A stretch of 62,972 bases of DNA, filler included, from Octopus bimaculoides (lineage: Eukaryota): assembly GCF_001194135.2 (NCBI RefSeq). It is 5 parts of 4 records of this genome, joined end to end, with 100 filler letters (N's around TTAATTAATTAA, not from the genome) between each part and the next. Parts side by side here need not be neighbours in the genome. Positions count along the whole stretch, not along the records: positions 45,045 to 60,795 come from NC_068986.1; positions 60,896 to 62,972 come from NW_026297461.1; 3 more parts are not named here. One strand, written 5' to 3'. A model generated the notes under the pieces. It was not told the origin of the DNA, ran no database searches, and saw only the letters and a program-made list of their open reading frames with translations. Both the position numbers and the translations under genes were made by a program. Positions 52,192-62,972 of the stretch are shown here, piece by piece (within the stretch, counting starts at the first letter, position 1; each line of letters begins with the position of its first letter).

Positions 52192-54129
52192 AAAAGAGAG
52201 AGAAAGAGAAAGAGAGAGAGGGGCAAATAAGCTGCCACTGTGTTAGATAGCTTAGTTTACACGGTTGTACTGTAGACGACTGTGCCTTTAGTAAACAATA
52301 TATATCTTATGCACAGCCCAGAGTGAGTCAGTGGTATTACAGTAAATTTGAATATTATGAAACTATTAGCTTTGATATACATATATTTCTGTGTGTGCGC
52401 GCGCGTGTGTTTGTGTGTAGCCATCAGCATACATGATGCATGTACACTGTCGATAGGCCATTTACTTCAGTATTTGTCCTGAGATAACATCCTTCATGGA
52501 CTCACTGTGTTAAAAACAATAAATATCAGAGAAATTTGAAAATTAGTCCCAGCAGTGGCTAGCGAGAGCACCAGATACACATTGGGCTTCTGTATATATG
52601 AGTGTATCTATGTATATATGTATGTATGTATGTATGCATGCATGTATGTATGTATGTCATTATTCAGTTTTATTTCAAGATTTATTGCCAATAGAGAAAG
52701 AGCCACCTTCTAACCCAAGACTCTTTCAATGGAACTTCAACGACATCGACAGAGTATTTTTGTATGTATGTATATGCGCAGATTTGTATGTTTTGTTTTA
52801 CGTATGTCTTCTCATGCATATACTTCCGTATCTAGACATGCTTATATATACTTAAATGATAAACTTCCGGAAAGTTTTGCAGATTTTTACAGTTCCAGTG
52901 ATGGCGTGGATTTGTAGTCTTCGAATCAGCTTTATATTAACATCCGCTGGGCAGTTGATTCCCACAACTGTACACAGTTTCTCTTCTCTATCCCAAATCA
53001 TTGTCAGGTCTAATGTAAGTATGTATCTATTTATCTGTGTGTGTATGTATGTATGTATGTATGTATGTATGTATGTATGTATGTATGTATGTATGTATGT
53101 GTAATATTTATAAAAATATATTTCCATATTTTTCCAGCTCTTGTTGGAAAATAGTTCGCTGGTCATAAGCTCGACAGAGGTCATGCAATTTCGAATTTTT
53201 ATTTATTTTGCTAATGTATTTATCTATTTATGTTCCAGAAATTTTTAATTTCTCTACGATATTTGTAAAATCAAAATCAAGAAAACTTGCACTTTTGAAA
53301 AAAATTATTATAATTTCTTTTTTTTATATCCAAAAATAATGAATGAGAAAACTCCAAAATTACCATATGCGTGAAATTAATTATTGCAGATCAAATGCAA
53401 AGATAAAACACCAAAACCAATTAAAGATCAAATCAATCACAATTATGGATATTTTAATTTTAATTCGAATAACATTCTATCTTTCTATAAAATGTGGATT
53501 ATTTTCAACTTTGATCTCTGTAGAAATGTGTGACGAGTGAAAGACAGTTATACCAATATTGTCCTTACCTTTTAGAAGCATACACACATATAGAAATATA
53601 ATCATTCATATATATGTATGTATGTATGTATGTATATGTATATATATATATATATACATACACATATATATACACACACATACACACATATATATACATA
53701 CATAAACACATATATATGTGCATATATATACGGTTATTTATTAATAGGCATACATCACACACGCACATAAAAATAGAGAGATGAGAGAGAGAAATATCTT
53801 GGACCAGACTAAATATAGAAAACTAATTTTTAAAAATTAATAATCATTAATAAAAAAAATTTACACTTGAACGCAGACATGTCCGTAACATATTTTAAAA
53901 AATCTTTTCAGCGTTTCTGTGTACGTGCGTGCGTGTGTGTGTGTGTATTTATGCATTCGGCACCATAAAGTTTTGTAGGCTTGTAGAACGAACCTAGCTC
54001 GTCAGGCATTTAGAGATCAAGTAATACGAAATGAGACAAGAGTTGACCAATAGAGGCCTAACATCTAGAAGCCATCTTGAATTTGTCTCATTTCCGATGA
54101 CTTGGTACACAAACAGGGATGAAGAATAA

Positions 54130-54444
54130 ACGAACTTTAGACTACTTAAAATATGTTTGTGACATATTTTAACTTCTAAAGGCAAATTCACTGCAGTTAC
54201 TGTGAAGGAAAAAAGTTCTCTTTTGTGGTAAAAGGTGAACAAACACCATCCCTCTCTTTAGTATTTCCAACTGAGGAAGGCTAAAGAGCCAGAAACGCGC
54301 TTCTGGGAATCCGCTTGAGGGTAGCACTGGGCAGATATGGTGCTTTACCATATGAGAATTTTTTTTCTCCACGATAACTGCTGTGAATTTGCTATTAGAA
54401 TTTAAAATATGTCATAAACATATTTCATCTAACCTAAAGTTCGT
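54130..54444. mobile_element. Palindromic MITE (family of 2662-2922) with an ~70-bp central insertion
   Basis: Ends acgaactttag / ctaaagttcgt. The centre aligns with the reverse of the 2662 copy except for extra sequence at about 54251-54318. Confidence 0.8.
54263..54310 (+). ncRNA. Degenerate type I hammerhead-like motif (third variant)
   Basis: AUUUCCA-A-CUGAGGA-A-GGCU(aaag)AGCC-A-GAAA-CGCGCUUC-UGGGAAU. Helix I AUUUCCA/UGGGAAU; ACGCGCUU is one substitution from the palindrome ACGCGCGU. Confidence 0.45.
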
Positions 54445-55663
54445 ATATATAAGGCAGCGCAAGCGTTTGTAAGCTGGACTGATTAATTAATTAAAGAATT
54501 ATACAACGATGTAATAAATATATTATATTATATAATTCTTGTCAGTCGTATCTGCTTGCAGTAGATAATTCCTTTCTATGGTCGATCATTTATTCAATCG
54601 TGATTGTTTGCTGTGATCACAAGATTGATGTTGTGCACCTCACTGCTAAAAACCACATGTTACGGCAGATAGTATGGTAGCCGAATGGTTATGGATGTAA
54701 GCACTTACTTTAAATCATTAATATTTACATTTAATTCTGTCACCCTCAAAACGAAGATGTATTACTTTACATTCTATCGGATTGCGTTAACAAAACAGAA
54801 GAGAATATATCAGAAATTGGATGCCCCAGATATTCCGACAATAGCCTTCTCACAACTTAAGTATGGAAGAACATATATTTATCTGATCAGACAGGCGGAA
54901 TATAGTCATATGCGTATGTATAATTGTACGAATGTATTTATTTGTCTCATCTTTCATATGTGTACACTTGCTTATTTATATATGTATACGTGTGTGTGTG
55001 TGCGTGAAGGTGTGTATTCATGTGTATTTAGTATATCTTTTAATCAGAGTTTATATAAGAGTTATGTGCCTTTTTGTATATAGATATATATATATATGTA
55101 TGTATCAATTTGCATATGTTGTAGCCACGTGCAAATACACTCACGCACTCACATGCATACATCATATATGTAATCTGCATGTATGCATAAATGTATGTGC
55201 GTATATATATATATATATATATATATATGCGTGCGTTTGTGTGTGTGTGCATGTATGCTTGCATATGTGTATGCATGTGTGTATATTTGCATGTATTTAA
55301 AGCAAACCAGATGAACCAGATAGGGGAGGGCTATAGATCGTATGGGGCCAGTCTCAATCAACACAAAAGGGTCAGCGTTGTTACAAGAACAACAACCAAT
55401 ATTTAAACACTTTCCTCCTCCTCCTCCTATACACACACTACTATTACTACTACTACTACTCATCACCTCCCAAGCTTCGCAAAACAAGCACCACCACTGC
55501 CACCACCAGCCACACCTACGCCCTTCAGAATGCTCACCATCTCTTGCCTCATTCGGCTTGTTTTGTGTTTGCATGCAAGAGAGCGAAAAAGCATTGCCGG
55601 TGGCCATGTTTGGAGCAAGGACTGCATATGTGCCAGCAAGAAATTGTTATTGTTTGTTGTTTG

Positions 55664-55742
55664 TTGTTGTTGTTGTTGCTGCTGCTGCTGCTGCTGCTGT
55701 TGTTGTTGTTGTTGTTGTTGTTGTTGCTGCTGTTGTTGTTAA
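55664..55742. repeat. Compound (GTT)n/(GCT)n microsatellite
   Basis: Direct inspection. Confidence 0.9.
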
Positions 55743-56264
55743 TGTCGGTGGTGTTGCTGTTAGGATTAGAGGAGAAGAAGAGGCGAAATACAGAGATGAC
55801 GAGTGCAGAAAAAAATGGCGACCAGCCATATTCGATAAGCGTCTATAACAAACATGTCATCAGATGCCAGTAGCCTTCGGTTTTGTCATTAATCTTAATA
55901 ACCGACAATACGTCCAGTCAACCTTCTCATAATCACACCCTCGGCCTTTTTTCTTCCTTTTTTTCATTTCGTTCATTTATGATTTCGTACTTTCTTCTCT
56001 ATCGTACTCTCTATCTCTCTTTCTCCTTCTCTCTCTCTCTCAATCTCTCAATCCCTTTCTTTTTCTTTCTCATATTCGTTTTTATTTATTTTCTCTATTT
56101 CCATTTGTTTTGCTTGATATTTTTTTTTTGTAGAGGTTGGTTATACTTCGTCTATTTCCACATCGTTTTTTTTTTTTGCTTCCCTTTTCTTCCTTTACTA
56201 CTACTACTGCTGCTACTACTACTACTACCACTACCATTACTGCTAATAATAATAATAATAATCC

Positions 56265-56673
56265 TTTCTACTATAGGCACAAGACCTGGAATTTGTGAGG
56301 AGGGAGATAGTCGATTACATTGACCCCAGGACTTGACTCATTCTTAATTTATCGACTCCGAAAGGATGAAAGACAAAGTCGACCTCGGTGGAATTAATAA
56401 TAATAATTATTATTATTATTATTATTATTATTATCATTATTATTATTATTATTATTATTATCCTTTCTACTATAGGGCCTGAAATTTTGGGGGAGAGGGG
56501 ACTAGTCGATCACATCGACACAAGTGTTTAACTGGTACTTAATTTATTGACTCCAAAAGGATGAAAGGCAAAGTCGACCTCGGACGAAATGCCGCAAAGC
56601 ATTTCGCCCGGTGTGCTAACGATTCTCCCAGCTCGCCGTCTTATTAATAATAATAATAATAATAATAATAATG

Positions 56674-56744
<71 letters not shown>

Positions 56745-56745
56745 C

Positions 56746-56779
<34 letters not shown>

Positions 56780-57219
56780 CTATCACTACCACAACACCAC
56801 CTAATACTATAACTGCAACTATAATTATTATTACACTTCTACAGCAATTATTACAACTGACTGCTACTAATTATAACTACAATATTATTACAACTACATC
56901 CAACAAGACTACTAACTACAACTCTCACTAAAAGACCCCTATTACTACATGTTTTTTTTTCTGTTTTCTTTGCTCTTGTGTGTGTTTGTGTGTTATTTCT
57001 TTACTACCCACAAGGGGCTACACACAGAGGGGACAAACAAGGACAGACAAACGGATTAAGTCGATTATATCGACCCCAGTGCGTAACTGGTACTTATTTA
57101 ATCGACCCCGAAAGGATGAAAGGCAAAGTGGACCTCGGCGGAATTTGAACTCTGAATGTAGCGGCAGACGAAATACCGCTAAGCATTTCGCCCGGCGTGT
57201 TAACGTTTCTGCCAGCTCG
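56265..57219 (-). mobile_element. Three family A SINE copies or fragments separated by (ATT)/(AAT)n tracts
   Basis: Copies at about 56265-56395, 56460-56640 and 56965-57219. The last is close to consensus with all CpGs intact (cgagctggcagaaacgttaacacgccgggcgaaatgcttagcgg). Confidence 0.85.
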
Positions 57220-57573
57220 NNNNNNNNNNNNNNNNNNNNNNNNNNNNNNNNNNNNNNNNNNNNNNNNNNNNNNNNNNNNNNNNNNNNNNNNNNNNNNNNN
57301 NNNNNNNNNNNNNNNNNNNNNNNNNNNNNNNNNNNNNNNNNNNNNNNNNNNNNNNNNNNNNNNNNNNNNNNNNNNNNNNNNNNNNNNNNNNNNNNNNNNN
57401 NNNNNNNNNNNNNNNNNNNNNNNNNNNNNNNNNNNNNNNNNNNNNNNNNNNNNNNNNNNNNNNNNNNNNNNNNNNNNNNNNNNNNNNNNNNNNNNNNNNN
57501 NNNNNNNNNNNNNNNNNNNGTCTGTGTGTCTGTGTGTGTGTGTGTGTTTGTATGTGTGTGTGTGTGTGTGTGT

Positions 57574-57609
<36 letters not shown>

Positions 57610-57833
57610 ATGTGTGTGTGTGTATTCTAAAGCATAACAACGCAAACAACGGACATGTCGATAAAGTGCCGTATAAGTTTGACGTTGAATGAATGAAGGG
57701 AAGAACTGCTTGGTGTTTCGCATTTATCCTTAATCGAAAGGAAAATAAGTGACAAAGAGAAAGAAAAAGAAAATGAATAGAAACAAATCTATATGCGTTA
57801 TCGAGGTGGTGTGTTTTTATTCATGCGTGGATT

Positions 57834-57878
<45 letters not shown>

Positions 57879-59258
57879 TCTCTCTCTTTCTCTCTCTCCA
57901 ATGAAAGACAAGTAAGTCGAACTCAAAACAGTTCTTTGTCGCATTCATATAACGTCAAACAAAACCTTCTAGTGTGTTATTATTTGCTGCCCATACTATA
58001 TATCTAAATGGTCTCCTCAGCGAAGACGCAGTGAGACCCATTTGTGTCCATACCGAATAACCCCCTGGTATTGCCAACTTAGACACTCTAGGACTACCCT
58101 TCTGGATAACTTCGGATAACAGCAGATCCATTTTATTGTATTATGTACGTATATATGTATCTCGCTAACCTTTTCTCTCTTTTTGTCTAACTCGCTTGTT
58201 CTCACTGTCACTCTTTCTTTCTGTCCCTTTCTTACGTTTCTTCTTTTCAACTTGTTTCTTGTGCTTTGCCGCTGCTTCTGCTCCCTAGCCAATTCCAACA
58301 TTCCTTCATTCTGTCTTTCATATACCGAACGTAGGTCATTCGTTCTTAAATTCTTTCCTTTATTTTTGTATAGTGACGAATGTTTTATTCTCGTTTCTTT
58401 TTCACTGGTACTTTCTACTTTCCGTGCCCAGTTAAAAGACTATAATCATATTCGTTAAATTATTACTTGTGTCTGTCTGTAATTTTCATCTCACTCATTT
58501 GTTGATTTCTTCAATGTTCTAAGACTTTTTCTTTGTAATGTCCACCACCTCACTGATATTTGCAATCACTGTAGGCACGGGCAGAGGAGTAGTTCAGTGG
58601 GATTAAACACTTCGGATTCTAAACGTGCCGAAACTACACTGATTCTAGACTTCATAGCTGATGACAGGTTTTTCATGTTTAGTTGCCCTTTTTTATTAAA
58701 TGTTCTCGCATCTTAATTTTATTTTGATTATATGTGTCTATGTGTGTGTATGCATACATGTATTTGTGTATATGTGTGTGCGTATGTGTGTGTCCGTGTG
58801 TGTGAATGTGTGACCATTGTGGGGGTACGCGCGGGTGGGTGTGTGAAGGCGAATGCGTGTGTGTATAAGAATATATATGCAAATTACATGAGAAAATGCA
58901 AATACCTTCTACTAACAACCAATACCAGTCGTCAATGAAGAACTCCATCATGTGGTATGAATTAATTAATTAATGAACCAGCTAATTAGTTCAGAGTACA
59001 GTTAGTTTAGATCATCCTACCACCACTATCCAATGACTATCAGCTTTACATAGAAGCAGTGAAAGTCTTGTTTCTCAAAAGCATCGAGCGACGGTTCCGG
59101 AATGGTTTTCGCACTCCTATGAAACTTGAAGTAATGCAATTCTGTATCGAACTGTTTATACAATTAGAGATAAATTCTACAAAACGAGTCGAGTTGAGTG
59201 TTTTTCTTTCATTTGTAAACTATTGTATATCTGTATGTGAGTATGAATTCATAATGGC

Positions 59259-59323
<65 letters not shown>

Positions 59324-60569
59324 TTTGCGCGTATGCTTGCATGTATATATATNNNNNNNNNNNNNNNNNNNNNNNNNNNNNNNNNNNNNNNNNNNNNNNN
59401 NNNNNNNNNNNNNNNNNNNNNNNNNNNNNNNNNNNNNNNNNNNNNNNNNNNNNNNNNNNNNNNNNNNNNNNNNNNNNNNNNNNNNNNNNNNNNNNNNNNN
59501 NNNNNNNNNNNNNNNNNNNNNNNNNNNNNNNNNNNNNNNNNNNNNNNNNNNNNNNNNNNNNNNNNNNNNNNNNNNNNNNNNNNNNNNNNNNNNNNNNNNN
59601 NNNNNNNNNNNNNNNNNNNNNNNNNNNNNNNNNNNNNNNNNNNNNNNNNNNNNNNNNNNNNNNNNNNNNNNNNNNNNNNNNNNNNNNNNNNNNNNNNNNN
59701 NNNNNNNNNNNNNNNNNNNNNNNNNNNNNNNNNNNNNNNNNNNNNNNNNNNNNNNNNNNNNNNNNNNNNNNNNNNNNNNNNNNNNNNNNNNNNNNNNNNN
59801 NNNNNNNNNNNNNNNNNNNNNNNNNNNNNNNNNNNNNNNNNNNNNNNNNNNNNNNNNNNNNNNNNNNNNNNNNNNNNNNNNNNNNNNNNNNNNNNNNNNN
59901 NNNNNNNNNNNNNNNNNNNNNNNNNNNNNNNNNNNNNNNNNNNNNNNNNNNNNNNNNNNNNNNNNNNNNNNNNNNNNNNNNNNNNNNNNNNNNNNNNNNN
60001 NNNNNNNNNNNNNNNNNNNNNNNNNNNNNNNNNNNNNNNNNNNNNNNNNNNNNNNNNNNNNNNNNNNNNNNNNNNNNNNNNNNNNNNNNNNNNNNNNNNN
60101 NNNNNNNNNNNNNNNNNNNNNNNNNNNNNNNNNNNNNNNNNNNNNNNNNNNNNNNNNNNNNNNNNNNNNNNNNNNNNNNNNNNCCGGCCGACTTGCATAC
60201 GTCGAAACAGCCGAAGTCAAATTGGATCACAACATATTATGAGTGGTGACGGACATGTCAGAAAAATATTAAGTTATTCATTTTGCTTGTGAAATGTTTG
60301 CTGAAGTCTTGTTGACCTTGCAATCATAATTGTCGGGGAAATTGCTAAAAGGATGCAAATAATCAGTAAGTTCATATTTAGCTTTGGTTCACTCTGCTAC
60401 GCCATGTCTTCGTTGAAATGGCTGGCAGACGATAACAATGTCAGTAATTGCTCCTCCCGCCAACCCTGACCGTGTAATGTCCACGTGCACACAATTACAT
60501 ACAGAGAGGAGGAAGAGAACAGAACATACATACACGTACACACTTATAAATACACAAGCATGTATGTGT

Positions 60570-60606
<37 letters not shown>

Positions 60607-60744
60607 CGCGCGCGCACACACACAATATGGTCCCTTAATATGTAATCGTTTACACACAGACACAAGCAAACAAACACATGTAAATCCATACACGCATATA
60701 TACATACACACATATATGTACACACATATACATACATATATATG

Positions 60745-60795
<51 letters not shown>

Positions 60796-61978
60796 NNNNN
60801 NNNNNNNNNNNNNNNNNNNNNNNNNNNNNNNNNNNNNNNTTAATTAATTAANNNNNNNNNNNNNNNNNNNNNNNNNNNNNNNNNNNNNNNNNNNNCTCGT
60901 ATATATATGTGTGTGTGCGCGTGTGTGTCTGTATCTTTGTCTGTCATACATGTATGTATGGAGACAGGGAGAGGGAGATAGAAAGAGAAACTGTGAGTGA
61001 GAGAATATATGCACATGTTTGTGTTTTAACTTTTACTTGTTGCAGTACTTAAGCTGCAGAAATACTGGGGCAATAAATAAATTAATTTCTTAAACACCGA
61101 TTGCACAATCGATCAAGTATATAACAATAATCAATATCACATCTTTCTACGTACCTCTACATTCTCCATTGACGGGGGCGGAGCCTTTCGGGCATTTGCA
61201 TACACGTGTACCTGATTCAAGTAAACAAGTGGATCCTTTCGGGCAGGAAGAACTTCCCTTTATTTGTTGATTACCCAAACAAGTTATTGATTTTGAGCAG
61301 TCGTCTAATAACAGAGTTGTGTTAACCTGGTTGGAAATAGAATAATTAAATTTTCAGCAAGGTACAATTCCAATAATGTCAACTTTAGTTCCTTATATGT
61401 TGTACAATTAAGGTGGCGAGCTGTCAGAATGCTCACAGCACCATGTGAGATGCTTAGTGTTATTTCTTGGATTTGATGCAATCTGCTTACCCCCTCCCCC
61501 GAAACTGCTGGCCTCATGCCAAGTTTTGAAACAAATATTTGTTATACATATTGTTAGTTTAGATATATACACCAAAGGTAGCCATAATCGAGAAGACGTA
61601 AAATAAATGATATTGAATCAGTAACCTCCAAGCTTTCTTGCTCAGGCATACTGTATCGATGATTAAACTATCATAGTACNNNNNNNNNNGTCATCTGCCT
61701 TTTGGAGAGAAGACACTTGCATAACATGTGCCAGAGCTAAACTAGGCTTGTACATACATCTGCAAATTCATGATGATCCATGAAATACAGTAAAGAATTT
61801 CATCCACGTGACGGCGGAATGCGAATCGTCCGCACCAAAGGTGTTTGTTGTTTGTAGGTTATTTATGTATGTATGAATCTTTCTCTCTATATACATATGT
61901 GTGTGTGTGTGCGTGCGTGTGTGTGTGTGTGTGTATGTGTGTGTGTGNNNNNNNNNNGTGTGTGTGTGTGTATACGTG

Positions 61979-62320
61979 TGGAGTTGCAATGGCCCAGTGG
62001 TTGGGGTAGCGGACTCGCGGTTTCGATTCCCAGATTGAGCGTTGTGAGTGTTTATTGAGAGAAAACACCTAAAGCTCCACGAGGCGACCGGCAGTGGGTA
62101 GTGGCGAACCATGCTGTACTACCTCACCACAAATTTCTCTCACTCTTTCTTCCTGCTTCTGTTTTACCTGTATTTCAAAGGGCCAGCCTTGTCACACTCT
62201 GTGTCANNNNNNNNNNTCTGTTTTACCTGTATTTCAAAGGGCCAGCCTTGTCACACTCTGTGTCACAGTAAATCTCCCCGGGAATTACGTGACACTCTGT
62301 GTCACACTAAATCTCCCCGG
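61979..62320 (+). mobile_element. Family C tRNA-derived SINE
   Basis: tggagttgcaatggcccagtggttgggg...ggtttcgattcccag; homologous to 42890-43195. The head has a short internal deletion, and the 3' part is duplicated across a 10-N gap. Confidence 0.8.
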
Positions 62321-62706
62321 GAACAACTTGAATTCTACGAGATATGGCCTCGTACAGTTTGAATTGTTTCCAAAGGAATTTTTGTCTATTCTTCAGCTAA
62401 AACAGNNNNNNNNNNAGGAATTTTTGTCTATTCTTCAGCTAAAACAGTCTCCAGTTCTTGTAGCGGTGATGGTGGAGGATATTGACTCCTTACTTGTTTT
62501 TCTAAAAATATACCATAAATGTTCACTAATATTGAGATNNNNNNNNNNNNNNNNNNNNNNNNNNNNNNNNNNNNNNNNNNNNNNNNNNNNNNNNNNNNGG
62601 GACTGTGGTGGCCAGGTAAGATGTTCAACTTCACTAGAATGTTCTTCGTGCTATTCAGTAACTACTTTAGCTGTCTGAATTAGCACATTATCTTCTTAAA
62701 ACTGTT
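62321..62706 (-). mobile_element. Tc1 (DD34E) transposase C-terminal relic
   Basis: Minus remnants QF*EDNVLIQTAKVVTE*HEEHSSEVEHLTWPPQSP, DLNISEHLW, LEKQVRSQYPPPSPLQELETVLAEE*TKIPLETIQT (WPPQSPDLN motif). Confidence 0.85.
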
Positions 62707-62711
62707 ACCAG

Positions 62712-62972
62712 TGAAGAAAAAATACGTGCTCGTAAAGACATAGCAAAATTCTTTAGAATACGTGATAAGGTATATGTAAGAATTCAGAAAAATGGCCAAC
62801 AATATTGGGAAGAAGGAGAAATTGTAACATACATAGGAAGAATGATGTATAGTGTAAGAAGCAGAAATGGAATGGAATGGAGACAGAAATCAGCATCAGG
62901 AAAGAGTCATAGGAAAGGAAAAAACAAGAGTAGAAATACCGATGGATTGGCTATATGACACTTTTCAGGTTC
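62712..62972 (+). mobile_element. Ty3/Gypsy integrase C-terminal fragment
   Basis: FRIRDKVYVRIQKNGQQYWEEGEIVTYIGRMMYSVRSRNG, then frameshifted VEIPMDWLYDTFQV. This resembles the SH3-like integrase tail of Gypsy polyproteins. Confidence 0.6.

Noticed and set aside
55149-55873. Long ORFs around the CAG/CAA-like repeat as a polyQ exon
   Set aside because: The Gln frame on minus is closed by TAA immediately upstream, and the other frames are low-complexity with no recognisable domain. It may be UTR or non-coding.
58570-58670. ggcacg...cgtgcc-gaaac stem with a nearby ctgatga
   Set aside because: The CUGAUGA lies after GAAA with no compatible helices, and the upstream core is incomplete (ctgtag).
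60184-60220. Possible hammerhead 3' half (gac-ttgcatac-gtc-gaaac)
   Set aside because: The CUGANGA half would lie in the adjacent N gap, so it cannot be evaluated.
62157-62455. Short direct repeats flanking 10-N gaps
   Set aside because: Identical sequence on either side of minimal gaps is typical of unmerged contig overlaps.

Overview
AT-rich, gap-containing eukaryotic scaffold dominated by microsatellites and transposon relics. The SINE families look like those I recall from octopus genomes, so a coleoid cephalopod origin is an inference, not a database result. The only host gene I can support is the 3' end of a PP2C/PPM phosphatase (+ strand, last two coding exons 4256-4401 and 6038-6241). 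The rest is several tRNA-derived SINE families, RTE, R4/Dong-like, CR1-like and Tx1-like LINE fragments, Penelope-like (PLE) pieces, mariner/Tc1, piggyBac-type and palindromic MITEs, a solo LTR and a Gypsy integrase tail. Four exact 100-bp spacers (44N-TTAATTAATTAA-44N) are assembly joins. Most ORFs in the track are microsatellite or N-run artefacts. Best leads: (1) minimal type I hammerhead-ribozyme-like motifs from three different PLE-type termini, including a fully paired A6U core variant (39313-39349) and one inserted in a MITE apex (54251-54320); (2) a PLE locus where a tRNA-like Pol III head lies between a GIY-YIG remnant and a hammerhead-bearing tail (26720-27412); (3) a strong CpG-decay contrast between the left 31 kb and the rest; (4) a dense same-strand SINE array; (5) a duplicated 41-codon sORF; (6) a CpG-rich solo LTR with promoter-like motifs.
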